A stretch of 64,000 nt of DNA from Asterionella formosa (taxonomy: Eukaryota). The notes beneath the pieces were generated by a model. That model was not told the DNA's origin. It ran no database searches and worked only from the letters and a program-made list of their open reading frames with translations. The DNA lies in contig NKIB01012997.1 of NCBI GenBank assembly GCA_002256025.1, positions 1 to 64,000 on the forward strand. Reading direction: 5' to 3'. Each line of letters starts with the position of its first letter. Within the stretch, counting starts at the first letter, position 1. Position numbers and translations under genes: made by a program. This document shows positions 1 through 13,200 of the stretch, piece by piece.

Positions 1-134
1 GTTGGATCAGCAGTAGACAACTCAACAATATCTTCGACGTCCTCATCAGCTACAACGCATTGCTTCTCTTCCGAATCAATGCGAATAGAGGCAGCATCAG
101 AAGTTTCAGCCGTACCCACTACTTTGCTGCTCAT
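1..134 (-). CDS. Possible 5' end of a gene running off the window edge (MSSKVVGTAETSDAASIRIDSEEKQ...)
   Basis: ATG at 134 on the minus strand, open frame to the window edge, acidic composition; no homology recognised. Confidence 0.35.
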   Translation of the reverse strand, partial: MSSKVVGTAETSDAASIRIDSEEKQCVVADEDVEDIVELSTADP

Positions 135-333
135 TGCGCCAATTAATCGAGATATAGTCGATGTCGGAAGATTGGTATAGAGATGAGCGGACTACTGATT
201 CTTGTATGACTCACGAAGCTGAAAGGTAATGTATACAGAGTACCGTAGTATATATATAACAAAAAATAGTTGGCGCAATATTTAATAGTGTTGTGCTTGC
301 GTATTTACAGTTATTTTATCAGTGGCAACGGAC

Positions 334-541
334 GTGATACACAGTGATCAACGGCTTGATCAGTGATACAGCATTGGTCAGGGGTCCAAAAACTGTATCA
401 GTGATACACCCATGATACATCGGTGATCAGACCAAAAAAACCGTTGGTGATACACAAAAAAAAACCAAACCGCCATTTTTGTATCATATTTCGGCGATGA
501 TACACCAATGACAACAAATAACAGAATGATAAGAACGGCCC
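334..541. mobile_element. End of a PIF/Harbinger-like or MITE element with subterminal GTGATACA repeats
   Basis: Several (G)TGATACA/TGTATCA copies between 334 and 505; ends GATAAGAACGGCCC followed by TTA, a Harbinger-type target trinucleotide; the other end was not found. Confidence 0.4.
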
Positions 542-592
542 TTACAGTGTCACTTTTGGAATGAATGAAATTTAGTTCAAATCGAGTTAAAA

Positions 593-690
593 AGTCAAGT
601 TCTCTCAATATTGAGTTCTGAAAAATAAGATATAACCCTAACCCTATATATATATCTGTATTGATTCGCGGGATTGCTCACCTAAGTACC
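593..690 (+). repeat. Dispersed ~95-bp repeat, copy 1 (copy 2 at 5278-5374)
   Basis: AGTC(A/G)AGTTCTCTCA(A/T)TATTGAGTTCT...GATATAAC(C/A)CTAACCCTATATA...TCTGTATTGAT...GCTCACC shared by both loci. Confidence 0.8.
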
Positions 691-1108
691 GGTACCGGTA
701 CTCCGATTGCCAGTTACCAGGTACCTGGTACCTGCATATGCTACCAGGTACCGGTATGTGTTTGCATTGGATACGTCAGCACAACCTAACAGCTACGTAG
801 ATACCCGTACCAGGTACCATACTGTAAAACTATGTAGCAGGGATACCACAGTAACAGGTTGATCCTACACACTCTCTGATTACGTATGTGTGATCCTCCA
901 TCAGGAGGAGGCAAAAGGCACTAGCAGGTACCAGGTACCATGGTACTGCAGAGTACCTGGTACTTCCCGGTATGTATTTTCTTACGACATCCCTGTTGCC
1001 TCTGCCCCTTCTTGGCTCTAGGATAATAAATTCTAACTCGCACTTGCTTGCAAAGGCATAAACACCGAGGATACGGATAAATATCGAGTATTTGGTTGTG
1101 TGTTGACC

Positions 1109-1861
1109 ATGAAGTCCCTAATTTTCCTAATTTTGGCTACTGTCCAAACTGCCAATTCCTTCCTTGCTCCGCAGAATGCGAAAGAGTCGTCGGTGGTTTT
1201 CTTGCGCGGCTGGTTCGACAACTTTGGCGGAGGAGGCGGGTCTGGTGCCGGTCGTCTCGAGGAGGAGGTACGCCAAATGAGAGTAGCAGTCCTATCAGAT
1301 GGAAATATCAGTGCTTGCTAGTATCTGCATTGGCTTATCGGTTGCTAACAAGCTTCCATGAATTTGCCTTTTCTTCAGTGGGAAAAACAGCAAGAAATTC
1401 TTAAGAACCGCAGGGCCCCGAAAGCGGACCGTGACAAGTATTTTGCCGACATCGAAAAAAGGAGAGATGAAGCATCCAAGAAGCAAAAGGACATGTGGGC
1501 TTGGCAGACCAAAACCTACAAGAAAGGCGAAGATCCGCTTGATGAGTGGAAAAAGCGACGAAAGTCCGGACAAATATCTGACCTCGACAACCAGTATGGA
1601 GACCCCAAGAAAGTAGGTGGCATTCCTCTACCGATGGCCTCATTTGGAGTGGGAGGGGAGTTTGGAGTGGGAGGAAAGTTTGATAATGGTGGGCGTTTTG
1701 ATTTGAGACTTCCTTACGCTGATCAAGGATACGTAGATGATGATGCTGATTTCATGGGGAAATTGACCTCTTTCTTTGGAGGCAACAAGAAGAAAGTCGA
1801 GCCTGCTCCAACTGTGAAACAAGAACCCAAGAAAGTAAATAAGTTCCCTTGGGGGAAATAA
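1109..1861 (+). CDS. Plastid-targeted protein of unknown function, 2 exons (1109-1267, 1379-1861)
   Basis: MKSLIFLILATVQTANS-FLAP is a signal peptide plus ASAFAP-like motif; GT..AG intron 1268-1378 with GCTAAC branch site joins RLEEE|WEKQQ in frame; Gly-rich GGIPLPMASFGVGGEFG segment. Confidence 0.8.
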
Positions 1862-1951
1862 GAGCGAAGAATGAATCAGAGGTAATAATGTATGGGATCT
1901 CCGCACAACTTCTCTTGAAGCAAAGCTAGCAAGCTAAGATCACAAACCAAA

Positions 1952-3394
1952 TTAGTTATCCTTGACTTTCTTGATGTGATTATTGTACCGCTGGTATTCT
2001 CGGCGCAAGCCAGCTAACATTGGAATGAGAAGTGGAAACAAAAGAGGTGCAAAGATGGCACTGGTTTGATCCATTGGAAAGTGCAACGGCGGCACTAATG
2101 TGGGATCTTGCTCCACCTCATCCAATATATCCAAGGCAGTTTCCAACAAATTCAATGCTGTGCACATCTCGCAATGAGATTGCTCGTCGTGCTCCCTTAG
2201 GGTAGTCAAAGCCGACTTATGTATTGCTACGACCGACTGCCACTTGTTGACAACCTCCATGGAAATGGAAACATCGGAGCCCGCCTTGAGCATGTCTGCT
2301 CTCAGGTTTATTGCTTTCTCTTCAACTGCCCCAAAAGTCCCCCGCAACACTCGTTGGAGATACAAATCAGTGCACCATTGAGGAACGAAATCGCCGAGGG
2401 GTGCAAGTTCTAGTTCCATGACAAAGGATGTTAAAAATGACAAATATGGGGAGAGTGCATAGCTTGCGATTCGAAAGTGATCCGTCTCATTGTTCGCTAA
2501 TGGCCATTCTTGAGGGAATGCGACTAATTTAGAAGTTCCATAAAATCGTCCTTGCCCAATGGCATTGTGTGGAGTTCCTGACGACATGGGTATTTTCGAT
2601 GGTACATAAAGAAGAACTTCATAGACGGAGGGATTGCAATCAAACGAAGAGTCCATGATTTCATCGGAGACACAGAACAAAGAATTGTTGACTGTATATT
2701 GCACCCGTTTCGCTTGGGCTGAAAGAGTACCGCCGAATACGTGGTTAACCATCACGGGTTTGTCAATCCGCCAGTAAGGCATGTCAATCACATGGTCATC
2801 CATCCAACGCTGGATCGCCTTTGTCCATAAAAACCAGTCCGACGTCGATGTATCTTCAATTTGTAGAGTAAAAGTGAATGGTTTCCGAAGGATAGAACGG
2901 TTCTGTGGTGGGGGACGAAGGACACTCACAAGTCTCTCAAAGTCTGCTCCCTCGTGTCGACCCTCTGGTCCAGTTCCTTGCAGATAAAACACAGAAGACT
3001 CTGTCGTACCGGTCAGGAAATCCTGCTCTGCGTGACATACATAAATACCACCCCCTTTGAAAGGCACAGTAGTACTGAGCTCGGGGTCGGCGCAGACCGC
3101 CAGACGCTGGGCTTCGTTCACCTCGACTTCAAACAAATCCTCTGATTGACTTTTCCACGCTCTGGTCCAAGCTTCTCGATCCACGGCGGGCACGATTACG
3201 GTGATTGGTTGAATAGGGATATGGTTGGAAAAGTTCAGTAGCGTCTTCGCTAGTGATGCTTTGCCTCCTTGATCGACAATTGGTCGGCATGAGACATCGC
3301 CATAGCAACACATTCCATGCCAAAATGCAAGTAGTGCAAGTAGTGCTACTTGAACGACCACAGTGGCTTGAATGATTAGTCGAGTTCCTGGCAT
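1952..3394 (-). CDS. PIGS: GPI transamidase component PIG-S/Gpi17-like
   Basis: 480-aa ORF with N-terminal TM helix; C-terminal DPTLVPPLHFPMDQTSAIFAPLLFPLLIPMLAGLRRE resembles the PIG-S C-terminal signature (LYFP..H..A.Y.PL..P...P); LLYVP motif. Confidence 0.7.
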   Translation of the reverse strand: MPGTRLIIQATVVVQVALLALLAFWHGMCCYGDVSCRPIVDQGGKASLAKTLLNFSNHIPIQPITVIVPAVDREAWTRAWKSQSEDLFEVEVNEAQRLAVCADPELSTTVPFKGGGIYVCHAEQDFLTGTTESSVFYLQGTGPEGRHEGADFERLVSVLRPPPQNRSILRKPFTFTLQIEDTSTSDWFLWTKAIQRWMDDHVIDMPYWRIDKPVMVNHVFGGTLSAQAKRVQYTVNNSLFCVSDEIMDSSFDCNPSVYEVLLYVPSKIPMSSGTPHNAIGQGRFYGTSKLVAFPQEWPLANNETDHFRIASYALSPYLSFLTSFVMELELAPLGDFVPQWCTDLYLQRVLRGTFGAVEEKAINLRADMLKAGSDVSISMEVVNKWQSVVAIHKSALTTLREHDEQSHCEMCTALNLLETALDILDEVEQDPTLVPPLHFPMDQTSAIFAPLLFPLLIPMLAGLRREYQRYNNHIKKVKDN

Positions 3395-5277
3395 GTGAAG
3401 GTGATGGTTTGAAGGATAGACAGCTCTTTCTCAAAGCAAGATATGACTGTTCGTGTTTGGTTGTTAACGGCATCAACATACCGGTACCGGTATTGATCCT
3501 GAGGATGAGTTTTTTTTTTAAGACCCTCGTACATACATGACATATATCGGTATAAGAACGGACTATGAATGGTCTATTGCTTCTCATCAAAGCGGATCCA
3601 ATAACTTCTCATGTACGGTACTCACACCCTGAATTTTAGGTCAAACCGACGCCTAAAATATGGTTGGCACAAAATGTACAGACACGAGAATGACTTCTAC
3701 CTCGGGCGGACCACACCCATCCATACCTTTTACAGAAAGTACTGATAATTCGTTGCATGAGCAGTTGACAAAAAAATTTGTAACTATAGATAGTAGTATA
3801 CACACAATATGTAAATTACGACTCACTATCACTTCATTTCAACCTCAACCAAATGATAGAATGTAGATGAAATGAATAGCTAGCTATAAGTAGCGTCAGT
3901 ACTACTTGTTCTGTTGAAAATTGTTGACAACAAACATTCAACAATGGCATCATTCTTCGGTTGGCTGGCTAGTGCTTCTTGAACCAAACTAATTCCCTTG
4001 TTCATTTCAATAACTACTAGTAGCAATTCATTAGCGTCAAAATTTCAAAATCAGAGTTTCGATGTTAACATTGTAGTCTTTAGTAGTAGATTTATCCATA
4101 CTGCTAGCTAGTTTGAATAATCTTGCACATTGTGAGTTTAGCTTCTCTCATCCACTCCTTGCGTCGCTCATGAAGCCTCAATATACTAGGCTTATGGAGC
4201 GAGTTCAATCATCTCTTAAATCTATCAAAGAATCATGTTATTTGTATGAATTTTTAACTACCCAACCTGCTTTATCAGCTTGCAACAACTGGTGGACCCG
4301 CAGTGACAAATTTGCATGACACGACACGGTGATAGAGAATCCAGAAAGCTTCTTGATTCAAATCACCAATCAATAATGCGCCAGAGTTTAAAAACTTGAA
4401 GTCGGTAATTAATAGACGAACGCATTCGAATGGTTTTTTCTAGCAATAAGAACTGGGTGGTAAATCGATGATAAATGGCAATCAATTGGGCTTGAATTGG
4501 CAAAGAAAACGAAGAAGTATGACACTATGCATACTAGGCATGGATGGTAAACAGAATAAATCAGACGACTACATAATCAAACGAACATTTTCATGGGTGT
4601 CATGATATCTAGTCATCAACATTCTATTTTAAAATCACATCCACACATGCAACGAGCTGTTAGAATAGTGGTCGCATTCCCAACACGCAACTCTCACAAC
4701 ATACTACAACCCAAAGTTCACTTGCAATTTTGCTGCATACTACTAGCTAGTATTTCAGAGATCGACGAGACAACATGGAGTTTGGTTGATTGCTGTGAGA
4801 AGCGATCGTCGCTTCATACAAGTGAGCACAACCGTAGCTAGCAATGAGAAAGGTGAGCTGTGGCAAACTGTAGACCGATCATATGGTTTCGCAATATTAA
4901 ATGACAAGGACAACGAAAAGTTCATGCCAACAAGACTGTACAACACACCGGTACGTCCTGATATGCATGTACCAGGTACCAGGGTACCAGGTACCATATG
5001 TACCGGTATTGGTACCTGGTACCAGGGACTGGTCCATAATATCATAATATGTCGTAACTACCAGGTAGCAGGTACCGTCAAGTATAATTCTCTATTTATT
5101 TATCTACCGGTGGTACCAGTACCTGGTGCCGGTATATATGTATATGCCAGGCAGAAAGTAGTACCAGGTGAAGTATCTAACTAGAAGTAGTAGTATTTGT
5201 TGACTATATGAGCTTATTTGTTAATCCTTGTGTGTAACTCGTTCTCCAAGTCGACACCAAAGTATACAATGAGGGTT

Positions 5278-5374
5278 AGTCGAGTTCTCTCATTATTGAG
5301 TTCTTATACATATATGATATAACACTAACCCTATATACATCTGTATTGATGCGCAAGATCGCTCACCAGGTACC
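5278..5374 (+). repeat. Dispersed ~95-bp repeat, copy 2 (copy 1 at 593-690)
   Basis: Direct sequence similarity to 593-690. Confidence 0.8.
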
Positions 5375-6165
5375 TGTACATCCAATGCATCATGTACCGA
5401 CCTGAAGATAATTACGGTATGAACCATCAGAATCCGTCATCCGTTTTACACTGTACAAAAAGTATTGAATGGAGCGAGTCATTATTAAATATTCTCAATC
5501 ATTTCCTGAATATTAGGTGCGGAATAACCTAAAATGACCCTCAGGGGCAGTTAGTTTAACCTAAAATTCCCCACCTTCACCATGTGATACATATATCGTA
5601 CTTTGTACGTATGTTGAGAATATAGGATTCGTAGAAAAATGGGTCCTCATGCATCTGCATTTTGCTCGAGATAGCTGCAAGTGAAAATCGAAAAATCCCA
5701 AAAACTTTTTTCAAATGTAGTTCCCAATTTTAATCTTTCTATATATAATGTATGCATGATTGTGTAGCTTAGAGCAAGCCGCACAATAGGGCAATTGAGC
5801 CGGAGAAAATCGTAGGAGTCGAAATGGCCCAGGATAAATTTGAATTGTCGATGCAACAGTTACTAGACAGAGTGAGTACCTAGCACCGTGGTACCAGGTA
5901 CCATGCCTGGTAGTTTGTACAGTATAATGTCTCGTACATACAGAGTCGATACCAAATTGCCATCAGCCAGGCTTCTAGTAATGAATATCCTTTTGAAATG
6001 ACCAACTATGTCCACATGGGGGACACCATCGAAACCAAACCAAACGAACAGAAGCAACGCACAAACCAAAATATGATTTGGCTTTTCATTTGTGTTGCGT
6101 TATTATCACCGAGGCTTCATCGTGCAATTATCATAATTCCCGGAACAGATTTTGTTCGGTTCGCA

Positions 6166-7116
6166 ATGCCTCCAGACACTAACGGTATCATGATGCTTTT
6201 GTCACCTGCCAAAACATTGGATCTGTCAGCAACAAACAAATCTGCCGAGCATTGGACCCGCCCCGACTGTTCCCAAGAAAAGACGAAGGGACTCGCGGCG
6301 TTGCTCAAAAAGAAGAAGGAGGGGGAGCTCGCAAAGTTACTAAATTTATCAGCCACTCTTGCCCGTACAGCCCACGAGGTAAGGAGAGAGTGAGTCGCCT
6401 TGTAGCTTCCGTCGTTCTGGTGATGCCATGCTCAACCGATCCACGTCAAGTACTGGCGAACCTTTGAAGTAGATCCTGATAATCGACCCGTCGATCAAGT
6501 CAAGCCCGCTGTGTATACTTTTTCAGGACAAGCCTACCAAGGCTTGCAAGCGGAACGCTGTTCGGGCGCCGCAATAGAGTACATGCAAGCAAATCTCCGC
6601 ATCATTGACCCATTGTATGGAATACTCAGGCCATTGGACATGATGCAGCCATATCGACTCGAAATGGCTACCAAGTACATATTTGAAGACAAGACGATCA
6701 AACTTGCTGATTGGTGGAGAGACAGCATTACGGCTGGCCTATGCAAGGATTTGGAAGATAGAACTAACAAGATTGTTCTGAATCTTGCCAGCGATGAGTA
6801 TTCTGCGGCAGTGGACCCAAAAGGTCTGCCTAAAGGAACACATTACATCAAGATTGTATTTTGGGAGGAAGGAAGAACAATTGCAATACACGCGAAGAAA
6901 GCAAGAGGGACTATGGTGAGATTTGTTGCCGAGAACAATATTCAAGACATTGCCGGTGTCCAAAGCTTTGCCGAAGAGGGATATTGCTGTGTGCTTGAAA
7001 AGAGTGACAAGTCACAGATAATATTCGACCGAAAGGTGCAAGGACCAGTCAAGAAAAAAGTGATGATGAAAGTGACTTCCTCTGATCCGGTGAAGAAGAA
7101 AGTGAGGTCCAAATAG
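6166..7116 (+). CDS. yaaA: YaaA/DUF328 (UPF0246) peroxide-stress DNA-binding protein, 2 exons; alternative start at 6073
   Basis: LLSPAKTLD N-terminal motif, LYGILRPLD..QPYRLEM, LNLASDEY, HAKKARG; GT..AG intron 6379-6450 joins AHE|YWRTF in frame. Confidence 0.9.
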
Positions 7117-7612
7117 CTACGCACGAGTACTACTTAGTGACACTCTGCTGACATCATAGCAGGTAATGTTTAATGGCTTCCAGCACTGTTAGTTTTCTAA
7201 CTGGATGTGAGGAAAACCAGCAAATATTCAGACGAATAAATGCAGCTTGACAATAACCAAAGTAAGACGCAAATCAATAACAGATTAGTCTAGTTTCAAT
7301 TATATGTCTCATAATCATTAGGCATTGTCTGCAATAGCACGCTAGCCTGTCCACCATGCACCAAACAGCAGCAAGTCACTGACTCACATGAAGTGCAACC
7401 TCCAATCATACTGGTAATTCTCCGTCTAGTAGCCCCTCCAATTTAAAGATTAATCCGAGCATAATGGTGTGAATAATAAATTTTTTAAGTCTATTTCTTA
7501 GCATAACACAAAATACAGACACATGAGTGCTTTTTGTGTATCTGTGCATCAATTTCATTCTGTGCATCACCTTATCCAATACAATACACAGCACAAACGA
7601 TCAAATTTATTT

Positions 7613-7689
7613 TGTGGCCACACCAAAAACATTGGAGGACTCACAGAAACGGTTTTTGCGTGTCCTCCAATGTTTTTGGTGTGGCCACA
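7613..7689. repeat. 77-bp near-perfect palindrome with 28-bp perfect arms
   Basis: TGTGGCCACACCAAAAACATTGGAGGAC (7613-7640) is the exact reverse complement of 7662-7689; the spacer is also partly self-complementary. Confidence 0.95.
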
Positions 7690-7899
7690 CAAGAATCAAA
7701 TAGATTATTCGATTTTAGTTTTAGACTAACATGACTAGTAGAAATGTTGTGTTCCTGCGTGATAGTATATGTATAAGTATGTAGTATAGTTGCTACACTT
7801 GCCGGTATTTTACTACAAATTTTGTTGTTGCATCTGCTGCTGTTGCCATTGCATTCATGATTGTTGCTTCATTTCACTTTGTTGCCTCTTCTCGAAACG

Positions 7900-8560
7900 T
7901 CGCATGTCCTTGCTCACCATTCCATCATCTGTTCCTCTACTGGTAGGAGGAGGAGGCAGCAGCGCAAGCAATAAGCTTGCTGAATCAATTGGCGTCAATC
8001 TCTATAATGCAGCCATTTCCATCATTCATGAAAGTGATGAGGATGAGGGGGACAAGGGCAACAGTGATGATGCATACTCTTGTCATCACTCTCTTCTGGA
8101 GAGGACAACACATTCGAAAAGCGCAATTTTTACAGAACACATTACAAGAGGCAATCCAAAGAATCATGGAACTGGTGGAAACTTTTTCTTGACCCTTCCA
8201 TTAAGGCCATATATTTGACTGAACCAAATGGAAGAGAAGCGAATAGATTCAGGCGCATGTTCAGGATCCCTTATTCTGTTTTCAGAGATCAGCTTCTTGA
8301 TTTAGCTGGCCATTATGGAAGGCCAACAAAGTTGACTGTTGTGGCCTTCCAGTTGGCGACTTGGAGCTTTATCTACACTTCTTGGGACAGCTGCTACTCA
8401 TTTTGTTGCCAGTATGAACACAAATTTGAGTGAAGAAACACATCTCTCATCCTTTATCAATTGGACAAAGAAAATGGCATCACTTCAACCTGACTTCATC
8501 AACATGCCAAGTGATGATGAACAATACAGTTTACCAGGGTATCAGCAAGCAAGTTGTGGT
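7900..8560 (+). mobile_element. Decayed PIF/Harbinger-family (Plant_tran-like) transposase fragment
   Basis: WWKLFLDP...NGREANRFRRMFRIPYSVF motif (FRRRFRM-type), broken by frameshifts. Confidence 0.6.
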
Positions 8561-10297
8561 CATTTTGCCGAAACTGGAATGTGGTGTGGGCACTCAAATT
8601 CGACTCCTCCGGTATTATTACTTAGACATACAGAAAATTCTAATGGTTTCACGCAGGCCAATTTATATCAATATTATCAAAATATAATTTTGAAAACTAG
8701 TTTCCAAACCTTGGTATGATTGGTGGGGTTTGGATTGGGGGAATGAGTTTGAACCTAAAAAAGTTCCTGCCAAATCGAATTCTAGCATAATAGTATTCAA
8801 AACAATCATACCACGAATGAAATAACCATTATCCAAGCTAGCCCGATTATATCTTTTAGCATTGGATCTACAGGCATGGATATCCGACATGTCCAAAACG
8901 TTTTCGGCAATTTTCCTGCAACTTGAAGGTACCTGGTACCAGGTTCACAGTCATCACCTATGCCACCACATGCTACCGGTATGATGTCCTGGTGGACTAC
9001 CAGGTACCTGTTGGACTGGTACCAGGGTACCTGGTTCACCTTGGTACGTAATACACGTGCTGACCACGCACACAAGAATATTTATGTGCGTGTGGGGAAC
9101 TTGTGAATTTGTGCATCATATGACCCTAAGTACGTACCAGATACTGGAAGGCATTTTCACTATGTATGGCTGCACTCCGAGTAGGTACATCATATGTAGC
9201 CATGATTAGGTACCAGGTACCAGGCAGGTAACCAGGTCCCCGGAGCACCAGCTAACAGTACCAGGTACTCTGCCATACATAGAACCGATACATAGCCCAA
9301 CACTCGTTCAGAGTGGTTGGTGTTTGATGGATGGCGCGCCAGAATCTATACATTGCCCATCAGCAGCCACTCGAGTACTCCTACCCTGGTTCCTGGTAAC
9401 AGTGACCATCAGGTACGGTAGAGTGGTCGGTGGCGCGCCAGAAACCACCTTCTGGTCCACGCATCGTTTCCTGGTATGTGCATTATTACTGTACATCTAA
9501 TCATTCATATGATAAGGAGTGAGCATCCTGATCGTTTTCAGACTGCCGCCCTCCGCTGTGGATGTAACCATTTTGTTATAGTCTAGCTAGAATAGCACAT
9601 ATCGGGCAGTCTACGTATTATTGTTACGTGGCGTTTTTGCAGCGGCTTTCAAATCAAGGTGCCCCCTTACTATTTCACATCTGCAGCATAAATTGTCTCA
9701 GAACAACCAGGCATTCGGGACGAAAGGACAATAATCTCATACGTTCTGTGCTTCATTCACGCTGCAATAATCCACTAAAATTCAATACAAGAAAAGGCTG
9801 AAGTAAGGAATCAATTCAACGAATCTGCCGTGTTATCAGTCTTTCATTGATTGGATTCCGAGTAGCCTTTTCGTCAACTGATATTACCATATTTTGTCGA
9901 TCACATTCGTTCGTGGTATCAGATTGTTCAGTTATTGCAATAAAAGTCGAGTCTACAAGACAATCAACTCAATTTCAATCAATGGAAACTGACCTTGGAC
10001 GACTTCAGACCTCGTATTCGCTCCTTCAGTTCATTGTGTACGGGTACATATACCAGTACAATACCGCGGTGAATTTATTTAGCAAGAACATCGACGACGG
10101 GAAGACATACATACAACACCACTCTACATTTTTGTATGCACGGCACGAACTTTGTTGTTGTGCCTCAACCAATACCGATACCAGGTACTCTTCTACAAAT
10201 TCTTTAAATAACGGTACGGTAGTCACCAAACCCGTCAGTCGTTGTTTTCACAATGGCGGCATGCCGTGTTGTGTCCTCTCCTCCCTTTCACTGCAGT

Positions 10298-13200
10298 ATG
10301 GCGAAACTTTCGCCCCCAAATAGCAGTAATCGCATCACTAATTTTTTCTCACCGTCACCGAGGAAGAATAAACGAACCATTGATGCTTTGGAAGGAGAGA
10401 ACCAAGAAAATGGTACAGTGAAGAAGGCCAATCATGCAAACTCTGGTCCCCATGGAGGAACACCGTTTCTGCCGCATTCGTACAAAGGTGAAACCTTGTG
10501 TGTTGAGCCTGTCGAGATTTTATTTGGCCTCCAAAGGATCGCCATCGCGAGCGAGCCCCTGAAAAACTTATCTGCCAAACAAGGCGAAGCCAAGCCCCTC
10601 TCCGTGGGTTCGATTCTCGGTCGAAATCTGAGCGCTAACTCCGTAATCGCCCGCCGCAATAGGAATAACAAGATTGATTTGCAAATATGGACGGAAAACG
10701 GGGGTTGTTGTATTTCGAGGAAGCAATTGGAAATCAAGCGCATGAACACTTCGTCCATCACGATTCAGCAACCAAAGAATGTTGTCAACGAAACAGTGCA
10801 TATTATTAAGTACAATGCTATCACCAAAACCATGTCGCGATCTCCGGTCAGGCTGAAGCGTGGATCTTCTGTGGAATTGGTCCCCGGTGATGTGATTGAG
10901 TTCGACGGTTTATCGATTATTAACGATAAACCGACAAGGAACCCAAAGCCCCTTCACGTCTTTCGTCTTGTTAGATTGAAGCCATTTTCAAACAAAAAGA
11001 AAGCCCCGGCCTTATCTTTGACGGCATCTACAAACACGATTATGGTGGACCTTTGCGCATCGTCCGAGAGCCAGCAAAATATGTCGGAAGTTTTGACTCA
11101 AATGAGGAATTCTCCTAAGAACCTAATGGCGAGACTAGATCTAATTGGATCCCCGTCAACATTACATAATTCGACACCAAAGGTTGAATCTTTGCGCCAA
11201 GATAAGATTGTTGTGGACCTTTGCGCTTGTTCCGTCAGCCAAGAAGAGATACCTGTAGATGCGAGACACGCAACAACACGGACGGGTGCATGTTCAGGCA
11301 CAAATGGATCGCAGTGTCTGTCAAGCGCCACGAAACCCGGGGTCGCATCTTTACGCAAGAATTTATCTTCTCATACTCAGCGCGTTGCATCAACGGTCTG
11401 GAAATTCGAAGTCAATCCTACCCTTAAGTCATCGCGGTTCAATGCCATTTCAGTTTCTACTGGCTCATTAAGATCCGAGGAAAGAAAACAATCTCGTTCC
11501 GATCATATCCCGACACCTGTTTTATTTCATGCAGAAATGGACGCACCCAAGAGCATCAAGGTTCAGAAGACTGATTGGGATACGGATAAAGTGTTGCCGA
11601 CGCAAAACCGACTCAATGCAAGTCTTTCTGGGCATGCTGATGATACGAAACTTGTCAATGCGCCAATAATCTGTGATATTTTTGCAGAAAATACTATAAA
11701 GCCAATTCCTATTCCCAAACCGAATTCTGGTGATCTTTTCCGTGTAAAAATGAAATGTGTCGACATTTTTGAAAGAAAAGTTGATCAATGGTTCTTCGGA
11801 GAAGCAGATAATGTTTCTCGACGTAACGGGAAACGTTCAACCTACAAAGTGACTTTGAAATTCGAAGACAACAGCACTGAATTGTACGACTATCCTGCTG
11901 GCGACAACTCAATACAGCAAATCGAACTTGACAACGAAGGAACTTGTGCTAGAAAAGTGGTATTTGACTCGTCTACTGGTGAACGGTCAAAGGGTGAAAT
12001 TGTTTATGAATTGAACCCTACAATGCTGTATGTAGGCGATTTGGTTGACGCAAAATATCAAGATGGTATGGGATCCCCTCACGATGGAAAATGGTTTCGT
12101 GGCCGAATTGCCGAAGTGAATTCACATACGAATACCGCTGTCGTCGCGTACTTTGACGGCGATATTGAATATGGCGTTCCGATGGGATCGACTAAGATTC
12201 GCCTCATTTCTCGTGGGTATGACGACATGTGTTGGTTGGAATCGGTAAGAGTGGATACAACTCGAGGAAAAGGCGCCAAGAAGACACCGAAGGGAACAAT
12301 ATCTACGATCGAAAATGATGGCAGAGCTGTATGCCAACGCGATTTGAAGGTCAAGGTCGTTTTCGCCGATGGTAGGCACAAAATGTTTTTATTTGTTAAG
12401 ATTGTGAAATGGCTTTTTGCTGACTACGTTGAGAGTGTTTTACCAATAAATAAGATACTGTGGCCTTTCGAGAAAGTAATTGATTCCAGTGAAATGAAGA
12501 CGACAACAACAGAAAACAGAACTACATCTGCTGATGAGGGCGAAAATGACTTTTCCGAGCCCGAGCGAAAGCAGTATCACGTTCGAAGAGTTGCCGACCC
12601 TATAGCCTTGTCATGCATGCACCCTTCACTCGGAAACTCATTTTTCCGAGCCCTGGATGCTTCGGAGCCTCACATCGGTGAATTATTTCTTGCGCATATG
12701 GCAACGCTGCACCGACGTGGACCGACGTCAAAAAATGGTCATGATCTGCTGACACTACTCTTGAACGGACCGCGGAGTGAAGGAACTTTGTTCCCAGACC
12801 CAAACCGTGTGGATCACGCTAAAAAGTACGTTCATCTCATGATGTCGAGCTCCTGTACGGCTCAGGCACTCATCGATAGTCTTCCAATTTCGTCGTGGAA
12901 AGACTTGTGTGGATGCCTCTTACAACTCAAAGATAGAGCATATCAAGTAGCAGGAGATGAAATTTCAACTAACAAAGTAGCCTTGCAAAGGGTTCAGCAT
13001 TCCCTGCAGGTTGCAGCCGCCTCAGCAGAATTTTTTGGAAGCATTTTTGAATATGAGCTCAAAGACTTCGTGTCATCAGAGAAAAAGGAACATAAAACGA
13101 GCTACCGATGTGGAAAATTGGTGAAAGCATTATTGGAAAACCCGGATGGAGTTCGAGACTCTTTAAAAATGGTGACTAGGATCTACATTACTGCTTGGAT

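Noticed and set aside
632..645. Telomere (CCCTAA)n
   Set aside because: Only about two units, and part of a dispersed repeat
4755..5184. ORFs rich in VPGT/YQVP (also near 8806-9075 and 35021-35444)
   Set aside because: These are translation by-products of GGTACC-motif clusters
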